A stretch of 63,694 nucleotides of DNA, the filler included, from Chrysochromulina tobinii (lineage: Eukaryota): NCBI GenBank assembly GCA_001275005.1. It is 5 parts of 5 records of this genome, joined end to end, with 100 filler letters (N's around TTAATTAATTAA, not from the genome) between each part and the next. Parts side by side here need not be neighbours in the genome. Positions count along the whole stretch, not along the records: positions 42,185 to 61,827 come from JWZX01000324.1; 4 more parts are not named here. The stretch is one strand, 5' to 3'. How positions within the stretch are numbered: position 1 is the first letter of the stretch; every line of letters starts with the position of its first letter. The notes under the pieces are model-generated. The model had not been told where the DNA came from. It did not search any database and worked only from the letters and a program-made list of their open reading frames with translations. Shown piece after piece: positions 46,204-56,783 of this stretch. Made by a program: the position numbers and the translations under genes.

Positions 46204-46964
46204 ATGGCGGCGCTTGTGATCACTGCGCTCGCAGCGCTGTCGACGAGCGGACGGCTGGAAACGGCGTGCATCCGCCGCGCTATCCTCGGGCTACCCGTCG
46301 CCGCTGTGCTCGCTCCTCGAGCTGCGCGCGCTGATGACGACCTGGATGACGACGACGAGGTGCCGATGCAAGCTGCGATTGCGCCGAAGAACCGCAAGAA
46401 GCCTGGCGACGCGCAAAGGACCTTTTCGGCCGCCGATGTCAAGTATGCCTATGCTGACATCGTCGCGGCGCGTGAGGCCCTCAACACCGTCGGCCGGCTG
46501 GTCAGCGCTTCGGATCTAGTGAGCGTCGCGCCGCTGCTTGGCAAGCCACCGTTCTCCTCCGTGGAGGGGAATTTGCTCGCGCTCGTGCAAGGACCTGGGC
46601 TCGGACCCGATGCGAAGATACAAATGTGCGTCTGTGCCGCCGTCGCACCGGCGCGCTCTTCCCTCTTCGTTGACCTATTCGTGCCGTGATGGCGTTGAAC
46701 CGCTGCGGCCTTACCCATTGCTCACTTGTTCCGTTGTACGTGTGGTCATCGTCCGGTCGCAGAGGCACTATCAAGCGGTACGGGATCGGGGCGGATGTGC
46801 TGATCATGCTCGGTGGTCTCAACGAGGCTGTCACGGGGGCTGATGCGACCAAGGCCAAATCGTTCACACAGAAAAGCAAGGATGCGATCGACGAGGTGAT
46901 CGCAGTTTGCAAGGATAGTGGCCTCTCGCCAAATGAGGAGCTTGAACGTCGAGGAGCCAAGTGA
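46204..46964 (+). CDS. Probable thylakoid-lumen protein; exons 46204-46625 and 46763-46964
   Basis: Signal peptide, RR-hydrophobic-ARA Tat-like signal; GT-AG intron gives QIGTIKRYGIGADVLIMLGGL. Confidence 0.65.
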
Positions 46965-47149
46965 GAGAGAGGACGTCGTCCAACGTGAGATGAAGGTACA
47001 CGCCGACCCGGGCGCGGTCACATAGCGTAGTAAGGGGGGAGGCCGGCTCGGAGCTCGAACCGTGTATAGCGCCTCGAACCGGGAACGCGCACCAACGTCC
47101 AACCGTTGATAGTTCAACCGTTGATGAAAAAAGATAGTCATAAATGCCC

Positions 47150-47207
47150 CCGTCATAAATGCCAATGCTGAAAAAAAACATAAATTCAGCATTGGCATTT
47201 ATGACGG
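47150..47207. repeat. Perfect 23-bp inverted repeat with AT-rich 12-nt loop
   Basis: ccgtcataaatgccaatgctgaa / ttcagcattggcatttatgacgg; partial direct copy gtcataaatgcc at 47137-47148. Confidence 0.95.
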
Positions 47208-47429
47208 TCCGCGCACGCGTTCGCTGACGAAGCGAAGCTTTTCGTTCGGGCGTTGCGGCCCCGGCGACGGCCGACGCAGTGGCCCGGCCCGAGCCCGACC
47301 GTGGACCCTCCGAGACCTCGCGCCTATGCCTGGCGGTGGCGGATGTCGTGTCGTGCATCGCGGGGCGCTGTGGCGCTTGGAAGATGGATGGCGTGGCGTT
47401 CGCCCCGTGACGGCGATGTCGATCGCACA

Positions 47430-48686
47430 TCACGACTCGGATTGGGCCTGCGCTCGCCCCGCGGGCTGTGGAGCCTCCGCCTCGGCATGCAGGTCACGGA
47501 GCACGCCCATCTCCACGTCACCTCCATCTGCTGTGGAGGCTGTCGGTGGTGCCGCATACGATGGTGTGTCGCTGGCGGCCACCGACGGCGACGCCGACGA
47601 GGCGCTCGTGGTGGCGACGCTGGGGTGAGGGCAGCGCCCTTCGAGAGGGTCGCGCTTACACAGGGGGCAGGTGCGCTGCTGGTACGCGCGCGCGGCGAAC
47701 CAGCGGTCGACACAGTCGCGGTGGAAGTAGTGCTGACACGGGAGCAGCCGGATCTGATCATTCTTGGCAAACTCCTCCATGCAGAGACAGCACTCGAGCA
47801 GCAAGTCCGCACCCTCCACCATCGCGCCGTCGTGAGCCTCCTTGTCCGTGCCGCCGGTGCAGCTGCCCCCCTCGATCGCGCCGTCGTGAGCACTATTGAG
47901 CCCCTGCCACGGGCTTGTCGGCAGCGCGCGGAGCGCAGCGTTCGTCGAAGACTCGATTGCGTTGCGCATGTCTCGTTGCTCGTGTCGCTCTTGCTCGAGT
48001 CGGCGCATCAGCTCGACATGCACGAGCAGTATCGAGCGCTGAATGGTGCCGTCGGCGCCGATCGCACCCAGTCCTGCACCCAGTCCTGCACCCAGTCCGA
48101 CACCCAGTCCGGCGCCCAGGCTGTTGCCAAACGCGTCGCGTTGCTCCCGCCCGTTGGCAGAGTTGAGGTTCCGCAGCTCGGAGCGCCGGTAACGCATGAT
48201 CCAACAGGTAGACGCACAGCACAGGGAGATCAGGAGAATCCACACGCCCATCCATAGGGCGATCCAGATCGGCGAGATTTGGAATGCGGGGAGGAGGCCG
48301 TCATCGTACAGGCAGCGGTAGGAGATGCGCAGCCGCGTGTTGGGCGCCCTTGCTGACAGGACGATGGTCGCCTGGTCCGTTCCAGTCATCACCATGAACT
48401 CGGAGATTCGGTGTGTCGAGTCGAAGCGTCCCACATACTGGCTCTCTGGCAAGTTGGACGAGCTGTAGAAGGCGACGTAGTCGCTGCCGCCAAACTCGGC
48501 CACGCTCGTATTGAATGAGATCCCATCCAGCCGCCGGTTCGGATTGATGTACCATTGACATTCCTGGTCCTCCTGCAAGGCCATGTCGAAGATAATCTCC
48601 CCCACAAGCTCTGTTTTCGCGAGCATCAAGGAGTTCCTGCACACTCCATGCACCGAGGACAGGAGCGCGGGCAGCAATGCGAGCAT
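47430..48686 (-). CDS. Membrane RING-H2 E3 ligase with extracellular CUB-like domain
   Basis: Signal peptide; CQWYI..DYV.FY..GRF; TM segment; CCLCMEEF.....RLLPCQHYFHRDCVDRW....CPLCK. Confidence 0.88.
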   Translation of the reverse strand: MLALLPALLSSVHGVCRNSLMLAKTELVGEIIFDMALQEDQECQWYINPNRRLDGISFNTSVAEFGGSDYVAFYSSSNLPESQYVGRFDSTHRISEFMVMTGTDQATIVLSARAPNTRLRISYRCLYDDGLLPAFQISPIWIALWMGVWILLISLCCASTCWIMRYRRSELRNLNSANGREQRDAFGNSLGAGLGVGLGAGLGAGLGAIGADGTIQRSILLVHVELMRRLEQERHEQRDMRNAIESSTNAALRALPTSPWQGLNSAHDGAIEGGSCTGGTDKEAHDGAMVEGADLLLECCLCMEEFAKNDQIRLLPCQHYFHRDCVDRWFAARAYQQRTCPLCKRDPLEGRCPHPSVATTSASSASPSVAASDTPSYAAPPTASTADGGDVEMGVLRDLHAEAEAPQPAGRAQAQSES

Positions 48687-49485
48687 GGGTCTCCGGCCCA
48701 TGTGGAGGAAGGCGGGGACGGGCGTGGTGCCACGTAGGGTTTTTCCCTCAACACAGTCATCAGAAGTTTTCTCTTGAGGGCGAACATTGGAAGTGCAGTG
48801 AAGACCCAGGTTCGTCAATTCATCAGAAATCAAAATGACGGACGGACGCATCGTGATTGTGATCAAAAAGCGGCCACTCTCGCGACGAAGCTCTTCGTGG
48901 AAGGCAGCAAAAAAGTGAAGTGGATGGGACCCTCGAGCACTGCCTGGCTCTTTGCCTGGTTCTTTGCCCAAGATGTCTTTGCCTGGCTCTTTCCGCGACC
49001 GCCAACACGACAATGCAACACGAGCAATGAACACGAGTACATGTAGATCGTAGGGGAGCACGTTGAGAGAGCACGCATGAGTGGAGCAAGAGATGCAGGT
49101 GCGCGGAATTTTCCCGTGGGGTGGGGTAAAGGTCCCGTCGGTTTTGTAGCGGATGGATACTGTATCCGCCTTACCGCCTACCGCGTCCCGCCTAGTACAG
49201 TGTAAGTTCCATGTCGTCCGCGCTTCAAACGGTGCTGCGCGTTCTTGAAGAATATACGGAATTCGGATCCAAACGCTGCTGCGCCAAAGAAAAAGAGTGC
49301 TACCACCGGCTTCCCCACCCCCGTTTCTCGTTTCTCGTTTCGGTGGTGTATAGCTCTTACTTTAGACACTTTAGTTCTCTAGACTCGGTCATGTACAGTG
49401 ACATGTACACACACTGTCACCTTTATACCAGTGATGTGACTGTGACGATGGCCCGGTCCACGTGCCGTCGGCCCGGGGCCGGGCG

Positions 49486-49661
49486 GAACTCCGAGCTGGG
49501 GCCGCCGTCGTCGCAATCGACGTCTGAAGCCCAGTTGCACGTCTCGGCGCAGATGGGCGGAGGAGGCGGGAAGCGCGGGCCGCAGTCGGCGCAGTCGGTG
49601 CCGTAGATGCAGTCTGCGCACTCAGCGCCGGGTCGTCGCAGAGGGAGTCGGAGGTGTAGTG
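49486..49661 (-). pseudogene. Fragment of Cys-rich CDDGGP/GTDCADCG repeat module
   Basis: CIYGTDCADCGPR.PPPPP.CAETCNWASDVDCDDGGP; first repeat is frameshifted and flanks are not coding-like. Confidence 0.65.
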
Positions 49662-50355
49662 ACGCGCCCGTTGGCGCGCCCCTCGAAGGGAACGCAAAAG
49701 AAGTCACTCGACGCCGCCGTCGCGTGACGACGGCGGCGTCGAGAGACGAAAGTGTCGTGGCGCACGGTAGCTTGCCAGCCGCCTGGAGTGATTCAGGAGT
49801 TACGGTGGCCGCACGGTGGCCATGGTGACTGCGCGAGCGCGCGTGCCGGCTATGGCGTGCGTCGGTGGGCCCGCAGCCGGCCGGGGCGCGCGTCGGCGGC
49901 GCGATGTGCTGCGTAGCAGCGCCAGCAGAGACGCTGTCACATCGAAGCCTCGTCCGGAGGAGCTCTTGGGAGCCTCGTGAAGCGCGCGCTTTGTGTCCCA
50001 AATTTGGTATGATTGCATTATCTTCTCATTGTCATCTTCTTTAAACGTCGTTCTGGATCCACGGACGGACGCACAAACACAAAAAAGGGAAGGGCCCTCG
50101 TCACCAGACCCATTTTTCTTTTCGGAGCACGGCGAGACCGTCGCGTCTCGCGTGGTCGCGTGGCGGTGGACCAGCGTAAGACCGGCGCAGGGATGGGGGC
50201 TGATGAGTGCATGATGAGCGAGTTGATGGGATTGATCGGATGGGATTGTCACTCAGATTGCCCGAGCACAACTTAGAGCACAACGGAGAGAAGCCGGCGG
50301 GCGCACCTACACTCCTACATGTACAGTTGAGTAGGAGACAACTGGAGACCCGCCC

Positions 50356-50521
50356 TACCGTTGTAAAAAGGTAGGCTGTCGGCAGATTAGTAGAACATCA
50401 GACGGGTTCGGCAGAAGGTTCGGTAAGGGTTAGGCAGCTGGGGCGGGGTCGGTAGCTGACAACAGTTATTGTATCATCTTACATGTAGTCTGGCAGACTT
50501 TTGATCAGTTTGACGACGGTA
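50356..50521. mobile_element. Possible MITE with imperfect CCGT-initiated TIRs and TA target duplication
   Basis: TA|ccgttgtaaaa ... tttgacgacgg|TA (9/11 inverted match). Confidence 0.4.
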
Positions 50522-50843
50522 GGTGTTGCCCTTGAGCCCTTCACGTCTGACACTTGACGAGGTGTTGCCCTTCACGTATTTGAGATTGCGTTATACGTGA
50601 TGGTGTGTTGTACGCTTGGTTGTACGTGTTCATGGTGTGTTGTGATGAACGCATTGGATGAACGATGATCGATGTTGTGATGAAAAATGTGAGAGGGGTG
50701 ATGTGATCATATTTCGAATGATGCCCGCATGCGTCTCATTTTGAGTGTCCTGTCTTGCTTTCACGATGGTGCCGTTTCGGATTCCTAACGTTGTGAGTAC
50801 ATGTATTCATTATGAATGATGATGGCATTTTTTCCACAAAATC

Positions 50844-51722
50844 ATGCGAGAGCCCACTCTCTCGCGCCAAGCGCTGCTCACCACAGCCGCATTCGCCTCC
50901 GTTTCCCTCCTCGGCACGCGCCCAGCACTTGCCGCGCCATCCATACAAGCCAAGCTTGACGGTGCCAACTCTGCAGCACTATTGAAGCCGTCCAACCCTG
51001 GCTTGTCACCGCCTATGGAGCTGGCGTTCCCAAAGTGGCTCGAGGGCGAATGGCAAGCCTCGCAACAATTTGCAGGTTACGAGCTGCCCGCCAAAGATGT
51101 CATCCCGAGGGACGCCTTATTCAAAGAGGTTGACGTGCCCGGCTTTAAGAAGCTCTCAATCGCCTTCCTGCCGGATGTTGGCAAGGAAGGCGTGCGCTAT
51201 CAGATGCGCTGGGCAGCTGATGCCGCTGGAGTCGTTCGCGAAGACCGCATCTTCAACTTCAGATCCGCCATTCGAGGCGGTTTAGGGTACGACGCGATCG
51301 AGCGCGTCGACTACAAGACGGATCCCAACAATCAATTTGGGCTAGGCTCAAATACGGGCAACCCGAACCGCCTCAAGCTGGTCTTCGCACCGGGCCTGAC
51401 GCCCAATGCGGAGCGAATTGAGCTCTTCATCAACGAGCACGAGTCGGAACAGCCAGAGGGCCGCGACGACCTCTTCTACACATCAGAGGCTCTGCGGCAG
51501 GTAACCTTCAGTGCTGGCCAGACTCGCCAGGTCAATGGCGAGTACGCTCACTTCATCTCATACCGCCGCGTCTCAGAGACGCAGGTGAATGCGATCTGCG
51601 TCACCGCGTGCTACGCCGACCCGCTGCAGCTCGAGCGCTTCTTCATTCAAGTCGGGCCCAATCGACCACTCATCGTCTTCTCGCACGGCATTAGTTTGCT
51701 CAAGAGCACGGTAGCGGTATGA
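50844..51722 (+). CDS. Conserved plastid/cyanobacterial-type protein (DUF6816-like), probable lumen targeting
   Basis: SRQALL..PALA presequence; FPKWLEGEW, EDR.FN, NPNRL, SE..RQV motifs. Confidence 0.6.
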   Translation: MREPTLSRQALLTTAAFASVSLLGTRPALAAPSIQAKLDGANSAALLKPSNPGLSPPMELAFPKWLEGEWQASQQFAGYELPAKDVIPRDALFKEVDVPGFKKLSIAFLPDVGKEGVRYQMRWAADAAGVVREDRIFNFRSAIRGGLGYDAIERVDYKTDPNNQFGLGSNTGNPNRLKLVFAPGLTPNAERIELFINEHESEQPEGRDDLFYTSEALRQVTFSAGQTRQVNGEYAHFISYRRVSETQVNAICVTACYADPLQLERFFIQVGPNRPLIVFSHGISLLKSTVAV

Positions 51723-51840
51723 AGTCCGGTCCTGTGCCGTGCAGGCGAGGTTACAGCAGGACGGGACTCGAACCAGGCAGGAATCTGATTTCAAAGTACG
51801 GATGAAAACATGAATACGATGGACAACCTTGCTAATACTC

Positions 51841-52587
51841 TCATGGAAGGGATTGAAGTCCGTGCTCCCGGTTCGCGCCCCACGTGCTGACTGCGAGGGT
51901 CCGCACCTCGAGCTGCGAGATCCCCACAGGCGTGCGCAGGAGCTCAGCCTCGTTCCCTCCAGCGGCCTCGATCGTGCACAAGAGTAGCTGCTTGCCCACT
52001 GTGTGGCTCAGGCGCACGTGCCTCTGCAGCCACAACCAGTTGCGCTCGCCTGCGCCAGGCGGCAGCACGAGGACCGAGTGCGTTGCGTGGGCGCTGGGCC
52101 CACTCGAAGGCTCGTACAGCGTGAAATCGACTCCGAACTTGATGCCGTCGCGAATGTGCCAGCCGGCGGCACGCAAAGCGCAGTAAGCCGTGTAGATCGA
52201 AGAGAAGAATTCGTCGGCGGCGCAGAACGTGGCCCAGCAAGCATCCCTGGTCAACAGTGCGTCGTCTTGGTAGATGATGAGCCGCGGCGTCTCCAAACCG
52301 AAGGCGAGGTAAAAGGCTTCCCGTGAGTTCAGAAGTAGAGTGCACACCTCGGGCGTGCGCGAAGCTGGTCCGCGTGGCGCGCTTCCGTCCGGCTCCTTGT
52401 GGTCATGCGTAAGCTCGCCAAAGCCACCACGCGGCCACGAGTGCAGCGCGTGGATGGCGGGCCCGCCCCGCACCTCGGCGCCTCCCGAAGCCGCCAAGGT
52501 GCCACGTGACGGTGCCACAGAAGCGTCGCACTCTCCCGTTGGTGACTCTTCCTCGTCGTCCGCACGGCCGCGCTTCGCATTGAGCAT
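51841..52587 (-). CDS. SEN2: tRNA-splicing endonuclease catalytic subunit (SEN2-like); 5' end uncertain
   Basis: EAFYLAF, Y.AY..LR..GW.IRDGIKFGVDF.LY..GP...HA, RL...V.KQLLL (Tyr/His/Lys triad). Confidence 0.8.
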   Translation of the reverse strand: MLNAKRGRADDEEESPTGECDASVAPSRGTLAASGGAEVRGGPAIHALHSWPRGGFGELTHDHKEPDGSAPRGPASRTPEVCTLLLNSREAFYLAFGLETPRLIIYQDDALLTRDACWATFCAADEFFSSIYTAYCALRAAGWHIRDGIKFGVDFTLYEPSSGPSAHATHSVLVLPPGAGERNWLWLQRHVRLSHTVGKQLLLCTIEAAGGNEAELLRTPVGISQLEVRTLAVSTWGANREHGLQSLP

Positions 52588-52808
52588 CTCGTCCAGCGGC
52601 TTCACCCACGCGTAGGATCGATTTAAAGTGTGAATTTCGTGAAAGGTAATCTAAACGTCCGGATCTCGCGTAATATATAGATATAGATATATAGATAGCG
52701 CGTACTTGTCCTAGTATAGGTGCGGCCCTGGGGTTTTCGGCGTTTCGCATGCCGCAGCGGCGCTCGAGCCGCGGAGCCGGTGCGGGCTTTCCACTGGCGG
52801 TCTGGCGC

Positions 52809-55800
52809 TCAACATCGACCCACCTTGTACTTGCCCGGCATGGCGGTCGCGTCGCCTCCGAGGGGAACGGTGCCCACCTTCTTGACGGAGGTGGGGCTGG
52901 TGGCGGGGCGTGAGGTGGCGCCGGCCTTTTCGCCCACACCCGTCGTTTTCGTACGCTGCGTCTTGCCCGGCTTGGCAGCGCTCACCTCTTCAGCCGCGCT
53001 CGCCTGCTCCTCGCCCACTGAGGCGTAGAGAAGGCGGCTGGCCACAGCGGGCATCGCGCGGCATGCGGCCTTTGTCTCGGCGTCCAGCTTGTTGTTGCGG
53101 ATGTCGACGGTGGCGAGAGATGGGTTCGCGGCGGTGGCCAGCGCGAGCGCGAGCCCTCCCGCCGCTCCGAGTGCATTGCCACTCAGGTTGAGGTTGGTGA
53201 GCGTTACGTTCGTGCGCACGAGCTCGCCGATGACAATGCCCGCCAGAGGACCGAGCTTCTTCTTTTGGAGCGCGAGACTGTCGAACGGCTTGGCGTCGTC
53301 GCCCAGGATGCCGCGCAGCTTCTTGACCGGCAGTGCAAAGCCATCGATGTTGAGCTCCGTCACGGGAGAGTGGGCCACCACGAATAGCTTGCCTATTGCA
53401 CGTGCGCCCTCGGCGCCTAGGCCATTGTTCCAAAGGTTGAGCGCGGTCACTCGCGTCGTCTTGAGCGCACCCGCGATCGCAGCGGCACCCTCGTCGCCGA
53501 GGGCGTTGTCGGCGAGCGAGAGCGACGTGCACGCGAGGTTGCCACGCACGAGGGCCTCGATGAGCAGCGCCGAAAGGGGTCCAAGCCCGAGATTGTCAAG
53601 ATCGACCGTTCGCGTGCCCTTGGTGCCGCGTAGCTCCTTGACTGGAAGAGCCCCGCCGTCGATGAGAAGCGCATCGAGGGGCGTTGGCGCGACGGCGACC
53701 GCCTCGGCGAGTGCGCGCGCGCCCGCCTCACCCAAAGGGTTGGCGCTCAAGTCGAGGTGCGTGAGGGACGTTTGAAAGTAGAGACCGTCGGCAAGGGCGG
53801 CGACAGCGCGCGGGCCGAGCCTGTTGTGGCTCAGGTTGAGGTGGAGGATGACGCTATTGGCGGAGAGGAGCGAGGAGAGTACGATGGCGGACGCGTAGCC
53901 CAGCCCTGCATGCGACAGGTCGACAGTCTCCACCATTGACTTGCCGTCGGCTGTTGTGCCCCGTAGCTCGGGCATCGGCAGCAGTTCGGATCCGTCAACG
54001 TTGCATGCAAGCACCGCACTCGAGCCGAGCAGGAGCTCGCCGAGGACGAAGGCCTCCGAGGCTCCGAGCCCCTCCTCAGCCATGTCCACGACGTCGAGGC
54101 TGTGCTGCGCGAGCGCGCGCACGGGCACGCCCCCAAAACACTGGAGCGAGCGCGAGGCGAGCACGGCGGCCGCGAGCTGCGTGGACGCCGCAGTAGTGAA
54201 GAACTCATTCGAACGCACATCGAGGGCGGTGAGCGTGGTGTTGCTCGCGAGTAGGCTGGCGAGCACGGGCGCACACTCGGGCCCCAGCCCGTTGGCCCCC
54301 AGGCTGAGAGTCGTGAGCGGCGATGACTTACGCAGCGCCACGGGCAGCAGCGAAAGCATCGTGTGCTGCTCGGTGCCGTCGAGCGTGAGCCGGTTGCATG
54401 CTACATCGAGCACCGCGAGAGATGGCGATGCCTCGAGCAGGCTGATGAGTGCGCATGAAGCCTCGACTGCGAGCTCATTCTCACGTAGCGAGAGTGCCCG
54501 GAGCGGCGCACCTTTGCGCTGCTGCAGCGCCCGCAACAGCGCGACCCCACCTCGATCTCGCAGACCGCTCGCGTCCAGCGCAAGCGAGGTGAGCGCCGGA
54601 GCGGAGCGGAGCGCGTCGACTAGCTCCGCGGCGCCCTTGCCGCCCAGGTGGTTGCCCGATCCGCACAGGGTCGCGAGGGCGGGCAGCGCATTGAGCGCGG
54701 TGCGCAGCGCGGAGGCGGCCTGACCGCCGAGGGTGCCGCACGACACGTCGAGCGAGGAGCACGCCCTGAAGGCGGGCAGCGCAGCCCCCATCACTTCCAC
54801 GTCGGCAGCGGACCAATGCAGTGCGTGCCAATCGAGCACGCGGCTGCGCGCCGACACGGCGCCAAACGCCGCAGAGTACATATCGACTGCAACCAGCGCG
54901 TCGGTCGGCGCGTCGAAGACGGCAGGCGCGCTGGGCGTTCGCGGTGACTTTCCGGCGGTCAGGAGTGCCTTGAAGGCCTCCGGGCGCTGTGGTGGTCGGC
55001 GCGGTGCGCGGCACATGGCACGTAGATAGCGGAACGGCGGCAGCTGCTGCGCGGCTGCGGTGGCTGAATGCAACGGCGGCAGCGGCGGCCGACCGGCGAG
55101 GTCGAGGCGGAAGCTCTCCGGCTTGGCAAGCTCGGCAATCGCACGCTCGAGGCAGCACCAGCCGGAGGTTTCGTACTTGCGCGAAGCGTACTCGGGTAGG
55201 CCTCGCATCCCGTCGCGCGGCGCATCCGTCTGCATCCACACGGCGATGCGCGGGTGCGAGAGCCACAGCAGCAGCGCGTGCCGCGCCTCGGCCGACCACG
55301 CACCACGCACAAAGCCGTCCGTCGTGGAGGGTACCACTGCATAGTCCCAGAGCAGTGCGCAGTCGGGCTTCATCCTGAGCGGATCGAGCACCTCGCTGCG
55401 CAGGGTCGGCTCACGCACTGCGCTCGGCCCCGCGCCGCTGGCAGCGTTTGCAGCCGCTGGCGTTCCGGCACCAGCACTGTGGTCCGAGACGTACGCGCGC
55501 GCAAAGTGCGCGACGATGTTTAGATGGAAGCCGTCCGGATCTGGGTGCTCAGTATCGAACCAGTGGCATGAGATGGCCACGAAAAAGAGCGCGAAGCGCC
55601 GCTCTGCCTCCTCAGCGCCAAAGAGAGCATAGAGCTTCCCGAAAATGTCCGAGAGCTCATCGGCTGACCAGAAGGCTCGCTCGGGCAGATCCTCTCGCTT
55701 GGGCAGCATCTTGCCGGTCTTTGCAAGCTCGATGGCGTAGCTCGCGCGCAGAGGAGCGATCGCACCGGCCTCAAGCGTGGCGAGGAGCTCGACTGTCGCC

Positions 55801-55814
55801 GCTGCCGCTTCCAT
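52809..55814 (-). CDS. HET-like N-terminal domain plus RNI-type leucine-rich repeats
   Basis: VAISCHW....HPDPDG, LLWDY, Y..SGWCCLE; many L..L.L..N.LG..GA..LA repeats. Confidence 0.8.
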   Translation of the reverse strand: MEAAAATVELLATLEAGAIAPLRASYAIELAKTGKMLPKREDLPERAFWSADELSDIFGKLYALFGAEEAERRFALFFVAISCHWFDTEHPDPDGFHLNIVAHFARAYVSDHSAGAGTPAAANAASGAGPSAVREPTLRSEVLDPLRMKPDCALLWDYAVVPSTTDGFVRGAWSAEARHALLLWLSHPRIAVWMQTDAPRDGMRGLPEYASRKYETSGWCCLERAIAELAKPESFRLDLAGRPPLPPLHSATAAAQQLPPFRYLRAMCRAPRRPPQRPEAFKALLTAGKSPRTPSAPAVFDAPTDALVAVDMYSAAFGAVSARSRVLDWHALHWSAADVEVMGAALPAFRACSSLDVSCGTLGGQAASALRTALNALPALATLCGSGNHLGGKGAAELVDALRSAPALTSLALDASGLRDRGGVALLRALQQRKGAPLRALSLRENELAVEASCALISLLEASPSLAVLDVACNRLTLDGTEQHTMLSLLPVALRKSSPLTTLSLGANGLGPECAPVLASLLASNTTLTALDVRSNEFFTTAASTQLAAAVLASRSLQCFGGVPVRALAQHSLDVVDMAEEGLGASEAFVLGELLLGSSAVLACNVDGSELLPMPELRGTTADGKSMVETVDLSHAGLGYASAIVLSSLLSANSVILHLNLSHNRLGPRAVAALADGLYFQTSLTHLDLSANPLGEAGARALAEAVAVAPTPLDALLIDGGALPVKELRGTKGTRTVDLDNLGLGPLSALLIEALVRGNLACTSLSLADNALGDEGAAAIAGALKTTRVTALNLWNNGLGAEGARAIGKLFVVAHSPVTELNIDGFALPVKKLRGILGDDAKPFDSLALQKKKLGPLAGIVIGELVRTNVTLTNLNLSGNALGAAGGLALALATAANPSLATVDIRNNKLDAETKAACRAMPAVASRLLYASVGEEQASAAEEVSAAKPGKTQRTKTTGVGEKAGATSRPATSPTSVKKVGTVPLGGDATAMPGKYKVGRC

Positions 55815-56225
55815 ATGAATATGGACTTCGTCAAACGCGAAGTTCCGAAACGGGAAATGGGGCTACTTTTTGGCGTGACCCCGCGACCTCGTCCATGGGG
55901 CATGAGCGGGGGGGGGTCGTTCTAGGCGCAGAAATATTTACATGCACAGATAGCGATTTGGTTTGGAACATGTACGAATTGTGCAAGCGAGAAGCGACAC
56001 GTCCCTGGACACGTCCAAGGTCCAACCAAGGCAAGCACACCAAATCCAAGGTCCAAGGACGCTCCGGCGACAGGAGGCGCAGCCAGCGAACGAGGCAAGA
56101 CGATCCAGGTCGGACTCCAACTTGTTGGGGTAAAATTGCAGGCGGAAAAAAAATTAGGAATAAAAGCGCCGTATTGGTCCGGTACTTTCTTTCGACGTCG
56201 TTGGGCTCCGAGCGCCCCGTCCGCA

Positions 56226-56783
56226 ATGCCGCGTGTCAAGCACATCTCCGAGGGCAAGAACGCGACCTACGGAATCCAGACATACGATGATCAAGCGCTC
56301 ATGAGCACGTGGCGTAATCGGCTACACAACGAGCGCTCGGGCATGACGAACAAGGACAACACCGGGACGAACACAGTGACGTCCCTCATTTGGCACCCTA
56401 CGGGCAGCACCGGCGGCGGCGCCCTAGCGAGCCATAAGCGGAACTCCGAGCTCAAGCTCATGCAGGACTTTGGCTACCGCCCCGGCACTGCAGCGCCGGA
56501 GCTGCAGTCCCCACGGACAGTAACTCCAATCGCTGCAAGCAGCCAGCAGCTGCGGCCGCCGACTGCTACGAGCGTTACGAGCGAAACGCGTGCGAGCTTC
56601 GGCGGCGCCAGCGGCGCACACAAACACTACCTGGATACGGAGGCGGGTCGGCTGCAAGCCTCGGCCCACGCGCGGCTGCTGGGCCAGACGTTTTTGCTCC
56701 AGGGCAATCTGGCGCAGGCCAAGCTTTTCCTCAACAAGGCAGAGGAGCTGCTTAAGGTGGATGCATTTATTCCCCCCAAATGA
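56226..56783 (+). CDS. Hypothetical protein
   Basis: ATG ORF with coding-like composition, TPR-like C-terminal helix pair. Confidence 0.6.
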   Translation: MPRVKHISEGKNATYGIQTYDDQALMSTWRNRLHNERSGMTNKDNTGTNTVTSLIWHPTGSTGGGALASHKRNSELKLMQDFGYRPGTAAPELQSPRTVTPIAASSQQLRPPTATSVTSETRASFGGASGAHKHYLDTEAGRLQASAHARLLGQTFLLQGNLAQAKLFLNKAEELLKVDAFIPPK

